64,000 nt of DNA from an uncultured candidatus Porisulfidus sp. (GTDB lineage Bacteria > Pseudomonadota > Gammaproteobacteria > Poriferisulfidales > Poriferisulfidaceae): positions 1,312,001 through 1,376,000 of the forward strand of contig OZ220480.1 of NCBI GenBank assembly GCA_965116025.1, written 5' to 3'. Positions 34,143 through 43,634 of the stretch are shown piece by piece. The translations under genes and the position numbers were made by a program. A model generated the notes under the pieces. It saw only the letters and a list, made by a program, of their open reading frames with translations, was not told the origin of the DNA and searched no databases. Numbering within the stretch: the first letter of the stretch is position 1; every line of letters begins with the position of its first letter.

Positions 34143-35233
34143 GCCTCAAGTGCGGCATCGTCGGTCTGCCGAACGTCGGGAAGTCCACGTTGTTCAACGC
34201 CCTGACGCGCGCCGAGGTGGCGGCTGAGAATTATCCTTTCTGCACGATCGACCCGAACGTGGGCGTGGTTCTGGTGCCGGACGCTCGGCTTGGTCGCTTG
34301 GCGGACCTAGCGGGCTCGCGCGAGCGGGTTCTGGCCACAGTGGAATTCGTCGATATCGCCGGGTTGGTGCGAAGCGCCTCGCGGGGCGAGGGCCTGGGCA
34401 ACCAATTCCTCGCGCATATCCGAGAGGCTGACGCGATCATTCACGTCGCGCGGTGCTTCGAGGACGAAAACATCGCGCATGTGGACGGCGCGGTGGACCC
34501 GGTTCGGGACTGCGAGACGATCCTGACGGAATTGCTTTTGGCCGACCTGGGGACGGTGAGTCGATCTCTAGAGAAATGGCGCTCCCAGGCGAAGGCCGGA
34601 GACAAGGAGGCTCGCGGGGCCTGCGTCGCGCTCGAGAAGGTTGGCGAGCGGCTGGACCAAGGCGTCCCGGCGTGCGAGCAGAAGCTTGGCGAAGTGGATC
34701 GGGCCGTGCTGGATCCGCTTTTTCTGCTGACGGCCAAGCCGTTTCTCTATGTCGCCAACGTCGACGAGGCCGGGATTTCTGGAGAGAGCGCCGAATGGCG
34801 CGCGCTGGAAGAGTACGCGCGCGGAAAAGGTTCCGAGGCGATTTCAATCTGCGCCGCCCTGGAATCCGAGATCTCCCGGCTGGACCCGGAGAGTCGGGGG
34901 GAATTCTTGGCGGACATGGGATTGTCCGCTCCGGGGCTGGACCGCGTGGTCGAGGCGGGCTACCGGCTTTTGGGCTACCGGACGTATTTCACGGCGGGGC
35001 CGAAGGAGGCGCGGGCGTGGACGATTCGCGCGGGAGCGCGCGCGCCACGGGCGGCGGGGGCGATCCATACCGATTTCGAGAAGGGTTTCATTCGCGCGGA
35101 AGTGATCTCCTACGAGGATTATCTCGCTTGCGGCGGAGAGGCGGGCGCCCGGGCCGCCGGGAAATGCCGTTCGGAAGGCCGCGATTATGAGGTGCGGGAA
35201 GCGGACGTCATGCACTTTCGCTTCAACGTGTGA
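34139..35233 (+). CDS. ychF: Redox-regulated ATPase YchF
   Basis: GIVGLPNVGKSTLFNALT, NYPFCTIDPN, GEGLGNQFL, IHTDFEKGFIRAE, FRFNV. Confidence 0.98.
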   Translation: MSLKCGIVGLPNVGKSTLFNALTRAEVAAENYPFCTIDPNVGVVLVPDARLGRLADLAGSRERVLATVEFVDIAGLVRSASRGEGLGNQFLAHIREADAIIHVARCFEDENIAHVDGAVDPVRDCETILTELLLADLGTVSRSLEKWRSQAKAGDKEARGACVALEKVGERLDQGVPACEQKLGEVDRAVLDPLFLLTAKPFLYVANVDEAGISGESAEWRALEEYARGKGSEAISICAALESEISRLDPESRGEFLADMGLSAPGLDRVVEAGYRLLGYRTYFTAGPKEARAWTIRAGARAPRAAGAIHTDFEKGFIRAEVISYEDYLACGGEAGARAAGKCRSEGRDYEVREADVMHFRFNV

Positions 35234-35313
35234 GGCGGACGCGGGAAGCGCGCCGGCGGAGCGCGCCTCGCCCGCGCGACGGCGAAAATCCCGGGAGAGG
35301 CCGGGCGGACCCT

Positions 35314-35679
35314 TTATGGATATCGCTCGGCCCATGGAATGAAGCCCGGGTAGCTGGGGTGATGGTGAATGACGTCTCGCAGGGGCAGGATGCGGTCGTG
35401 GTTGAGCTTCCGGTATCGGACATACGTCCGGTACCAGCGCTCGTGCTCGGTCCAGCCCACGAAGTTCTTTGGCGTGACGCTTTGGGCGTAGCGCGGGACC
35501 GATCCGGAAACTCCGCCTGCCTCGACGATCTGCTGGTGGCAGGCTTGGTCGCTCAGCCCGCGGGTCTGGCATTGGGAATACGTGGGCGGCGTGGCGTCGG
35601 GCGGCGCGGCCGGGGTCGCGCCGGACAGGCAAGCGAGGAATCCAGCCGCGAGCGACGGGAAAAGTCTGGAGAGCGTCAT
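35314..35679 (-). CDS. Small secreted hypothetical protein, last gene of the pilus operon
   Basis: Signal-like N-terminus MTLSRLFPSLAAGFLACLSG; Cys pair; starts 17 bp after the pilV-like stop. Confidence 0.6.
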   Translation of the reverse strand: MTLSRLFPSLAAGFLACLSGATPAAPPDATPPTYSQCQTRGLSDQACHQQIVEAGGVSGSVPRYAQSVTPKNFVGWTEHERWYRTYVRYRKLNHDRILPLRDVIHHHPSYPGFIPWAERYP

Positions 35680-35696
35680 AGGCGAAAGTCTCCCGC

Positions 35697-36572
35697 TCAG
35701 TACGAGCATTTGACGAATACGGCGATGGTGGTCGCGCTGGAGCGCGGGGTCTCGACGCCTCCAGAGCCGGTGAGGACCACCCGGACCCGCCAGGTGGAGG
35801 CGAGATCGTCCACGGGCAGTTGAATGCCGTGCAGCGCCCGACCGCTCGGCAACGAGACCTGGTTCAGAGCCGTGAAGATCCGGGGACGCATTCCGCTCGG
35901 GCAGGTCGGTTTTCGAATGAGGTCGCCGGGCTTGGCCGCGGCCGCGAACTGCACGGAATTGAGCAGGGTCTGTCCGGTCTCGGTCACCACGTCGCGCGCG
36001 CCGAACAGGTACTGATTGCCCAGATTCCACGTCGCGGTAGGGCTCTCGGAGCCGTCCAGAGGCATGAATCCGGATCCTTGGCCGCTCGCGTCGGCGGGCT
36101 TGGGATAATGCGAGGCGAGGACGGAGCCTGAGGTCGATGATCCCGGGAGCTTCCGCTCAAGGGCGGAAGCCTGCTCGGGATTTTCGGTCGTGACCGTGAC
36201 GGTGAAGTGGCTGGAGTCGCAGGACAGGACGTACTGAGTCCGCCTGCCTCGAGAGTTCAGATACGGTGAGCGCTCTGGCGCCCCCTTGAGGAGGCCACGC
36301 GCGTCCAGCTCGGCGTAGGCCCCGGCGCACAGCAGGATCTCGCGCGGCCATTCGCCCTCGTCGATGGCATAGCGTTGCGCCGCGTTGGCCAGACGGTAGA
36401 CCTCTCCGGCCACGCGCTCGACCTGGTCGCGCTCGATATCGTCGACCAGTCGGCGGGTCGAGCTGAGTTGCAGGGTTCCGGCGAGGATCGAGAACAGCGC
36501 CAGGGTGACGACCAGTTCCAGCAGGCTGAATCCGGCCTGTCGCGCGCGGGCGGTGGATCGCGGACGTCTCAT
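35697..36572 (-). CDS. PilV-like minor pilin / tip adhesin
   Basis: Prepilin QAG|FSLLELVV; C-terminal KPTCPSGMRPRIF..VKC resembles PilV-type tails. Confidence 0.75.
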   Translation of the reverse strand: MRRPRSTARARQAGFSLLELVVTLALFSILAGTLQLSSTRRLVDDIERDQVERVAGEVYRLANAAQRYAIDEGEWPREILLCAGAYAELDARGLLKGAPERSPYLNSRGRRTQYVLSCDSSHFTVTVTTENPEQASALERKLPGSSTSGSVLASHYPKPADASGQGSGFMPLDGSESPTATWNLGNQYLFGARDVVTETGQTLLNSVQFAAAAKPGDLIRKPTCPSGMRPRIFTALNQVSLPSGRALHGIQLPVDDLASTWRVRVVLTGSGGVETPRSSATTIAVFVKCSY

Positions 36573-37012
36573 TCGCTGGTGGTCGGTCGCGACTGGCGCA
36601 GTTGGCGCGCCCGCCAGAACGGGACGCGGAGTTCCGAGATTGGCGCGGGAGGTCGGACCACCCGAACTGGACGCGCCGGGTCGCCGTTGGCGGAGATTTG
36701 GATCCGGGGGTCGGCGCCATCCAGCGCGATGCGGTACGCGCGCCCGTCGCCCAGTCGGACCGGCACGGCGACGTGGGGCAAGGCGGCCCGCAGTTCGGCC
36801 GCGGTGGAGGCGTCTTCGGCCAGCCGGCCTTGCCGGTGCGCGCGCTCGACCAAAGAGGCGACGTATCGCTCCTCATGGCGTTGTCCGTGAGCTTTCGCCG
36901 CGTCGACGCGCATGCCCGCGAACGATCCCGCCAGGGCGATCGCCATTCCCGCCAGGATGAGCGCGGCCAGCGCCTCCGGCAGGGTGAATCCGTTTTGCTT
37001 GGCGGATATCAT
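36569..37012 (-). CDS. Minor type IV pilin
   Basis: MISAKQNG|FTLPEALAALILAG; ATGA overlaps on both sides. Confidence 0.8.
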   Translation of the reverse strand: MISAKQNGFTLPEALAALILAGMAIALAGSFAGMRVDAAKAHGQRHEERYVASLVERAHRQGRLAEDASTAAELRAALPHVAVPVRLGDGRAYRIALDGADPRIQISANGDPARPVRVVRPPAPISELRVPFWRARQLRQSRPTTSE

Positions 37013-38154
37013 CGAACCGAGATCGAGTAGATCGGAACCAGAAAGCCCTTGGCGAGCAACAGCATGAGGGTCAGGATCAATCCCGAGTACAACCAGCGGG
37101 TCCAGCGCACGAGCCTCTCCAGGCGCCAGTCGATCTCGGTTTTCAGGTTGGTTTGTATGGCGGCGAACAGTTGGGGCAGCTGTGTCGGCGGCGCGTCCTC
37201 GAAGCGATGCAGACCAATCATCAGGGTACGGCTGAAGTGACGCTCGGACAGGCTTCGCGACAGGCTGTGCCCGGTGCGCAGCCGGGTATACAGGTACCGG
37301 GTGGCGCTTTTGCCGAGCAGGGGGTGCAGCGAGCGCACCAGATCGGCGAGGTGGACGCCCTTGCGAAAGGCCGGGGCGAGGACGGCTAGCAGGGCGGAGG
37401 AGCGCCGCGCGCGGGCCAGTCCGTCGATGTCGCTCAGCGGCGGAATCGCCCGGGTCTGGTCCCAGAATCGATATCCAGCGAGCGCGAGCGCCGCGATGAC
37501 GCCCAGCGTCAGTGGAAGATAGTGGGTCAGCATGGCATGCAGGGCCATCAGGATGTCGGTCGCGAGGGTCGTTTGGATCTCGACCCGGCCGGACAGGCTG
37601 TCGAGGAGCGCTTGGAACAGGAACGGAGTCAGCGCGAGCAGTCCGAGCGCGGTCGTCGCGTATAGGCCAGCCCGTAGCAGGGGCCCGCGCAACGTCCGCT
37701 CGCTCGCCCGCTGGCGCTCCAGAAAATCCGCCGCCTGCAGCAGCATTTCCGGGACCTGCCCGAGACGCTCTCCCTCGCGGCACAAGGCGACGGCGAAGGG
37801 GTGCATGTTGAGCAGCAGAAGGAGGTCGGCGGGCGCGAGGCCGGACAGTCCGCCCGCGCTTCGGGCCTGTCGATTTCGCCGCAACGAGGGGAGCAGCGAG
37901 ATCGTTCGGTCCAGCTCCCCGGGCGTCAGGCTGCCGCGGCCGAGATGCATGGACATCTGAGCCAGTAGCAGGCGTTGCTCGTTGAGGTCGGCCCGCCGCA
38001 GGCCAAGCCACTCTCGCCAGTGCCTTCGCACCGACAGCACCCGGCGGTTGGCGACCGCCGGATGCCGTCTCGCGGAGACCGGGCTGTCCGCGTCGACCGC
38101 GAGCGGGACCGTCGAGCCGCGCGGCGACAGGCAGCGCACGGTGTACAAGGTCAT
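37009..38154 (-). CDS. GspF/PilC/PilR-family inner membrane platform protein
   Basis: GERLGQVPEML, three TM segments, C-terminal PIY. Confidence 0.8.
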   Translation of the reverse strand: MTLYTVRCLSPRGSTVPLAVDADSPVSARRHPAVANRRVLSVRRHWREWLGLRRADLNEQRLLLAQMSMHLGRGSLTPGELDRTISLLPSLRRNRQARSAGGLSGLAPADLLLLLNMHPFAVALCREGERLGQVPEMLLQAADFLERQRASERTLRGPLLRAGLYATTALGLLALTPFLFQALLDSLSGRVEIQTTLATDILMALHAMLTHYLPLTLGVIAALALAGYRFWDQTRAIPPLSDIDGLARARRSSALLAVLAPAFRKGVHLADLVRSLHPLLGKSATRYLYTRLRTGHSLSRSLSERHFSRTLMIGLHRFEDAPPTQLPQLFAAIQTNLKTEIDWRLERLVRWTRWLYSGLILTLMLLLAKGFLVPIYSISVR

Positions 38155-38156
38155 GG

Positions 38157-38618
38157 TCAGGGGATCCGGTAATTGACCGCGAGGGTGTCGTTGTTCTTGT
38201 TGTAAGCGCTCGAGCTGATGGCGGATCCCGTCACGTTTCCAAGGGCGGTGGCGAGGTCCGGGCCAAAATCGTCCGGCTCCTCGGCGCTGGAGATCAGCCA
38301 GTCGATGGTGACGGTGCGCGCCGCCGCGTTCTTCAGCGCCCAGGCGTCGCCGAACGGCCCGTTTCCGGACACGCCAGCGTCCGTGATGTCCGTTTTGGCG
38401 ACCCCGGTCAGGCTGCCGTTGATCGCGCGGTACGAGATCAGGGCGGAAGGGATGTCGTTGAGCAGGACGTCTTTGCTGCTGGCCATCGCCAGCTCTCTCT
38501 CGGCGGTTCCGAAGCTGGTGACGACGGTGGAGACGAGAATGCCGATCAGGGCGATGACGGCCAGAATTTCCGGCAAGGTAAATCCGCTCTGGCGGGTTTT
38601 GGGCGCGATTCGTTTCAT
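38157..38618 (-). CDS. Probable major type IV pilin
   Basis: MKRIAPKTRQSG|FTLPEILAVIALIGIL; 153 aa; GPFG..W motif. Confidence 0.85.
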   Translation of the reverse strand: MKRIAPKTRQSGFTLPEILAVIALIGILVSTVVTSFGTAERELAMASSKDVLLNDIPSALISYRAINGSLTGVAKTDITDAGVSGNGPFGDAWALKNAAARTVTIDWLISSAEEPDDFGPDLATALGNVTGSAISSSAYNKNNDTLAVNYRIP

Positions 38619-40312
38619 GATGCGTGGTTCTCCGTGAAGGCGAGTTGAAGGGGTTTGGTGTGTGATTGGGGAATCTGGAACGACTCCCCGGGCGGTTCGG
38701 GCAGAACGCGCATGCATTCGGCCCAAGTCGTCTGTCCTCCGCGGATCAGGTCCGTGGCGTGGTCCCAAAGGTTGCGAAAACCTCGCGCACGGGCCGCGTC
38801 GTGCAGGGACGACAGCCCGGCTCCAGCGGCGATCTTCTCGACCACCCAGGAGTCCAGGAACAAAGTTTCCGCGATGCAGACGCGTTCTCGATAGCCGCTG
38901 CCCCCGCAGCGCTCGCAACCCTCCGAGCGGGCGAGCGGCCAGCGCTCTCCGGGGGGAAGTCCAAGCATGCGGGTGGCTTCCCAGCTCGCCTCGTCGTACC
39001 CGCGCGTCGCGCAATGAGGGCAGACCCGGCGGACCAGCCGCTGCGCGCTGACGGCGGCCAGGGTGTCGGCGATCAGGTGCGAGGGCACGCCAAGGTTGCG
39101 CAGACGCTCGATCGCGCCGAAGCTGTTGTTGGTGTGCAGGGTGGACAGCACCAGATGGCCGGTCAGGCTCGCCCGGCAGGCCAGACGCGCCGTCTCCTCA
39201 TCCCGGATCTCCCCGATCAGGATGACGTCCGGGTCGGCCCGCAGAAGCGCCCGCAGGCCGGCCGCGTAGCTCATGCCGATATCGTCGTTGATCTGGATCT
39301 GGTCGATGCCGGGGATCTGCACCTCGATGGGGTCCTCCAGCGTCTTGATGGATATCTGGCTGCGGTTGCGGCGGAGGATCTCCATCACCAGCGCGTAGAA
39401 GGTCGTGGTCTTGCCCGCCCCGGTTGGGCCGGTCAGCAGAAACAGGCCACTGTTCATGGTGACGATCCGACTTAGCGACTGGACGAAGGAATCGCCGAGC
39501 GCCAGCTGGTCCAGGGTTCGCACCGAGCGCTGGTAGCCGGCCACGATGCGCAACGTGAACGAGCCCCAGACCTTCCGCCCGATGGTGACCGGGCACATGT
39601 TGACCCGGATGAAGAACGTTCGTCCCCGCAGGGGCATCTCCAGATTGCCATCCTTCGGCGTGCTGTACACCCCGTGCTGGTTCCCGGACAAGGTCAGCAG
39701 GGTATTCGAGATCAGCCGGTAGTTGCATTTTTCCGACATCACCATGCGCTCCTCGCGCAGGGTCAGGAGCAACCCGTTCCGGCGCATCTTGATCTCCACG
39801 GCCTCGTTGTCGCGGGGCACGATGTGAAGGTCGCTGGCTTGACGGTCTATGGCCAGCGTGACCCACTCGTACAGGATCCGCTCGGCTTCCGGAGACGAGG
39901 ACGGATCCTGGGCGATTTCGGAATGGGTGGAGGACTGGATCGGGATCAAGCCGGTCTCGCCATGAAGCGGGATCTCTTTCGGCAACGCCAGCCGCGGGTT
40001 GCGGATCAGATGCTGGCAGGCGAACGGGTCGGTCACGAAGAGGCGACCATCGGCCCAGGCCGAGGTCCCGTCCGCCACGTGGTCCAGGGGGCCGTGCAGG
40101 CTCTCGGAGTGCACCGGCATCGAGAACGCCTCCGCCAGGGCCATGGTGACGGACTCCGCGTCGGCTCCAGCCCGCAACAGTCGCGGGACGATGGCCTCGG
40201 GGTCGCTTGGGCAGGCCAGCTGCATGGCGTTCGACGGCAAGGCGCCGGAACTGACCAAGGCTTGCCGGATTTCCTCGAAGCGCCGCGCGACCCGCTCGGA
40301 CAGGCTCTTCAT
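38615..40312 (-). CDS. GspE/PilB/PilQ-family extension ATPase
   Basis: ASDLHI, GPTGAGKTTT, TLEDPIE, LRADPDVILIGEIRD, GHLVLSTLHTN, CPHC..CERC. Confidence 0.95.
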   Translation of the reverse strand: MKSLSERVARRFEEIRQALVSSGALPSNAMQLACPSDPEAIVPRLLRAGADAESVTMALAEAFSMPVHSESLHGPLDHVADGTSAWADGRLFVTDPFACQHLIRNPRLALPKEIPLHGETGLIPIQSSTHSEIAQDPSSSPEAERILYEWVTLAIDRQASDLHIVPRDNEAVEIKMRRNGLLLTLREERMVMSEKCNYRLISNTLLTLSGNQHGVYSTPKDGNLEMPLRGRTFFIRVNMCPVTIGRKVWGSFTLRIVAGYQRSVRTLDQLALGDSFVQSLSRIVTMNSGLFLLTGPTGAGKTTTFYALVMEILRRNRSQISIKTLEDPIEVQIPGIDQIQINDDIGMSYAAGLRALLRADPDVILIGEIRDEETARLACRASLTGHLVLSTLHTNNSFGAIERLRNLGVPSHLIADTLAAVSAQRLVRRVCPHCATRGYDEASWEATRMLGLPPGERWPLARSEGCERCGGSGYRERVCIAETLFLDSWVVEKIAAGAGLSSLHDAARARGFRNLWDHATDLIRGGQTTWAECMRVLPEPPGESFQIPQSHTKPLQLAFTENHAS

Positions 40313-40782
40313 GGCGCGCTCCTCGTGACCGGGAGTCGCAACCGCGCTCCCCCCGCGTCCAGCAGCTCGAGCGAGTCGACTTCCACCGAGCCGATCCGCC
40401 AGGGACCCAGTCGCTGTCCGGCGCGCACCTCGACGCGCTGGCCGCCGTCGAGGCGCAATTGCGCCCGTCCTTGGTAGACGCCGATCAGCCGTGGTGGATT
40501 CATCGCTGGCGCCGGGGTCGAGGTGGGAGACTCGGCGCGGGCCTGGATCGGCTCTGGGGCCGACCCCGCGCCTAGGCAGGGAAATCCGGTCCGCTGGCAT
40601 TCCTGGAGTTTTTGGGCGATCCGCAGCTGAATCTCGAGCAGGGCGTCGGCGGCGTGCAGGCGCCGCAGCTCATGGGCGTGGGACTCCGCGTCCTGGAGGA
40701 TCTTCCGGGACGTCTCCACGGGCGGTTCGCCGCCCGCGAGGGCCGCGGCGGACCAGATCGCCAGTGGCAGGGCCGCCCTCAC
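40309..40782 (-). CDS. PilP-like pilus assembly protein
   Basis: Signal peptide, coiled coil, C-terminal PRLIGVYQGRAQL..G.RVEVRAG; position before the ATPase. Confidence 0.6.
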   Translation of the reverse strand: MRAALPLAIWSAAALAGGEPPVETSRKILQDAESHAHELRRLHAADALLEIQLRIAQKLQECQRTGFPCLGAGSAPEPIQARAESPTSTPAPAMNPPRLIGVYQGRAQLRLDGGQRVEVRAGQRLGPWRIGSVEVDSLELLDAGGARLRLPVTRSAP

Positions 40783-41288
40783 GCGTCTTCTCCGTAGCTT
40801 GGGTTCGCTCCGAGCACGAACAGCGCCGCGCGCGCGATTCCTTCCGAGCCCTGAACCTCGTCCACGATCAGCGGCATCAGAGGCTGGGCGATTCGGCACA
40901 GTTGGATCACTGACGACAACGATCCCCGTAGCGCGACCTTCCAGACCGTTCCGCCGAAACTGCCGATCCGTTGGCGGACCGCTTCCGGGTAGAGGTCCGG
41001 GTCCGCCTCAATGGCTTCCATCTCGCTGATGTCCGGCAAGGCGCGGGCGATCTGTCGCAGCTGCCTCATCTGCCAGTGGATGGACCGCACTGGCGGCAGG
41101 GCCTCGAGCTGTTGCCGGGAACGTTCCAGCCGCGCGCGCTCAGCGGTGATACGGGTCAGGTCCGGCGTGGCGCGTTGGCGGTCGAGCGCGGTGACGGTCA
41201 CGCCCGCCAAGGTCAGGCAGGTCGCGCCGATCAGCGCGAGCGGCCCCAGCCGCCGCCACTGGCTACCAGACGACGCGAAGCGAGCCAT
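40779..41288 (-). CDS. Bitopic pilus assembly protein (hypothetical)
   Basis: N-terminal TM plus coiled coil; overlaps neighbours in the operon. Confidence 0.55.
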   Translation of the reverse strand: MARFASSGSQWRRLGPLALIGATCLTLAGVTVTALDRQRATPDLTRITAERARLERSRQQLEALPPVRSIHWQMRQLRQIARALPDISEMEAIEADPDLYPEAVRQRIGSFGGTVWKVALRGSLSSVIQLCRIAQPLMPLIVDEVQGSEGIARAALFVLGANPSYGEDA

Positions 41289-42132
41289 CGGGGCGATGCG
41301 TGATTCGCCGGGCCGGAAGTCCGGCGGGCGTGGCGGGAGGGATGAGGCCGAGGGGGCGGACGACGGCGCTGAGCGTCGGGGCGTCCAGCATGGAGATTCG
41401 CGGCAACTCGACCGGCTGGAAATGCTGAGACAGGATCAGCAGTTGGTCAAGGCGGCGCGATTGATCGATCGGCTCGATGCGCCCGCCGGTCTCCAGTCGC
41501 GCGAGCTCTCGCCGCAACTGGGCGGTCCGCTGCAGGAGACTCTCGGCCTGTTGCGCCTTTCGCGCGTGGCGGTGGCTCAGGACTTGGTCGGCCACGGCGC
41601 CGAGGAGCGCGCTGCCGAGCGCCATGACGCCGGCCAGCGCGAGGGTGTGGAGGCGCGCGCGCGACTTCTGGGTCTGCCGCTGGCGCAACGTCTGGATGGG
41701 TCGCGGAGGGAGGCGAAGCCGCTCGGGTTCCGGACGGATCAGGATTGGCTTGAGCGCGGGCTCGTCCGGCGCGAACGCGTCCAGCGGAATCTCGTTCGCG
41801 ACGTGTCCGCTGTAGGCCCCGTCCGGCTCGCGCAGGAGATAACGTCCCTCGCGCGGCGAGGAGTCCGTGACGACGTGGTAGAGGCCCGGGTCTTCGGGAA
41901 CGAGCCCGGAGGAGATCAGGGTTTGCCAAAGCCCATACAGGGGAAGCCCGGGGTGGAGTTCCGACAGGGCGTCGGCTTGCTCCTGGTCGACGTAGAGAGG
42001 AAGGCTCGGGTCTTCCGAATCGATGGGGGCCAGTCGCTCGGCCAGAGAGCCGGAGAGGTCCGTCAGCGCCAGGTCGTCCATCAGTATGGCCTCGCGCGGG
42101 CCGATTTGGGCGGGGCGCTCGAGCTGGATCAT
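41263..42132 (-). CDS. PilO-like pilus accessory protein
   Basis: Cytoplasmic domain, TM, coiled coil; TGATG-coupled to the secretin. Confidence 0.55.
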   Translation of the reverse strand: MIQLERPAQIGPREAILMDDLALTDLSGSLAERLAPIDSEDPSLPLYVDQEQADALSELHPGLPLYGLWQTLISSGLVPEDPGLYHVVTDSSPREGRYLLREPDGAYSGHVANEIPLDAFAPDEPALKPILIRPEPERLRLPPRPIQTLRQRQTQKSRARLHTLALAGVMALGSALLGAVADQVLSHRHARKAQQAESLLQRTAQLRRELARLETGGRIEPIDQSRRLDQLLILSQHFQPVELPRISMLDAPTLSAVVRPLGLIPPATPAGLPARRITHRPDGSLRVVW

Positions 42133-43634
42133 CAGATCGCGACCTCGATGGGCGTGATGACGATCATTAGTTCGCGGTTGGTCTTCTCCAGGGTAGAGGC
42201 CGCGAACGCTTGGCACAGGAAGTGGTCGCAGTTCGGCTGTTGCGCGACCTGGCGCGACCGGCTCTGGATCAGGCCGCCGAGCAGAATCGGCTTGCCGCTG
42301 CGGGTGATCGCCAGCGTGGCCATCTCTTGGATGGCGATATTGGGCCGCGTCACGGTGGAGACCCCTGTCTCGAACTCGCTTTGCGAGCGAATCGACGACA
42401 ACACGGGGATGACCTCCACCAGGATGGATCCGTCGTGGCGCACGCGCGGGGTGACGGCGATACGGAAGCCGACCCGGATATGCTCGAATCGGGTCGACAG
42501 GACTGGCTCGGATCGTCCCTCCCCGAGCGTCAGGTCGGTGCTGGCGATGAAGCTGACCTCCTCCCCGTCGCCAAGGAACGTCGTCATGCCGTTGATGACG
42601 GTGAACACCGGGTCGCTGCGCACCGTGACCTGTCCGTGCCGCGACAGCTGCTCCACAGCCGCGTCCAGGCTCCAGCGGCCGAACTCCAGCGCCGCGTCGA
42701 CTTCCCAGGCTCCGCTGGAGCGCACGAGAGACATCGCGGAAGGCGCGGTGCGGGAGAGCTCGACGCGTCGATCCACCGAATCGTAGAGCAGGCTCAGGTC
42801 CAGCCCGCCGCCCGCCCCTTCCTCGCGGGAGATATCGAGGATTGCGACGGCCATCAGGATCTGCCGGGCGCCGCGCCGCGTCTGCTCGTCCAGCCAGGCG
42901 TCGAGCTCCTGCATGCGCGGCACCGGCCCGCGCGCGCGCAACAGGCCGAGGCGCTGGTCCGCGACCAGCCAGGCGCGCGGGGAATCGTCCCGCTTCGCTT
43001 CGGCGCCGGACAGGCCTAGGATCGCCCGCGCGTTGGCGAGGAGGTCTTCCCAAGGGGAATCGGTGTGGTCGTAGATCACCATGGCGGCCCCCTCCTCGGA
43101 TTTCTCGTCGGCCTGACCCTCTCCTTCTTCTTGGGCGGAGGAAGAAGAGGACAGCGCGACGGCCTCGCCGACCTTGAGCTTCGACTGGCCTTGGCCGGCG
43201 AAGGTGCTGACGTCCCAGGACCGCGTCAAATAGGACGAGACGCGCACGACCGGGCTCTCGGCATCCAGTTCCAGCGCGTAGCCGGTCATTCCCTCCAGGA
43301 TCTTCAGATATCGCGGCATGTCGAGGTCGTTGACGCGAACGCTGCAGCTCTGGTCGAGGTCGATTTCCGGGGTGGCGGGCACTACGTTCAAGTTCGGGTC
43401 GGCCCGGGTCAGGCATTCGCTCAGCGTCGCGCCTTGGAGGTTGAGGGTGACGGCGGGCCCGGAATCGCTCGCGCGCGCTCTTTCGACGCGGACGAAGGGG
43501 CGGGGCGGCGCGGGTCGGGCGGGCGTCGCGGTCGGGATTTCCAGCGCCCGCGGCTCGTCGACCTCGACGGGAGGGAGCTCCGGGCCGGCGCAAGCGCAGA
43601 GCGTGAGCGCGAGCGGCGTGGCGCGCGCGATCAT
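42132..43634 (-). CDS. Secretin (PilN-like lipoprotein secretin)
   Basis: Lipobox-like LTLCAC; QILMAVAILD, GFRIAVTP, SGKPILLGGL, RELMIVITP. Confidence 0.9.
   Translation of the reverse strand: MIARATPLALTLCACAGPELPPVEVDEPRALEIPTATPARPAPPRPFVRVERARASDSGPAVTLNLQGATLSECLTRADPNLNVVPATPEIDLDQSCSVRVNDLDMPRYLKILEGMTGYALELDAESPVVRVSSYLTRSWDVSTFAGQGQSKLKVGEAVALSSSSSAQEEGEGQADEKSEEGAAMVIYDHTDSPWEDLLANARAILGLSGAEAKRDDSPRAWLVADQRLGLLRARGPVPRMQELDAWLDEQTRRGARQILMAVAILDISREEGAGGGLDLSLLYDSVDRRVELSRTAPSAMSLVRSSGAWEVDAALEFGRWSLDAAVEQLSRHGQVTVRSDPVFTVINGMTTFLGDGEEVSFIASTDLTLGEGRSEPVLSTRFEHIRVGFRIAVTPRVRHDGSILVEVIPVLSSIRSQSEFETGVSTVTRPNIAIQEMATLAITRSGKPILLGGLIQSRSRQVAQQPNCDHFLCQAFAASTLEKTNRELMIVITPIEVAI

Noticed and set aside
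35233-35700. Shufflon downstream of the pilV-like gene
   Set aside because: No sfx-like repeats, alternative C-termini or Rci recombinase seen
36569-38011. 480-aa ORF as one protein
   Set aside because: The real gene starts at the prepilin ATG 37012; the upstream part overlaps the platform gene
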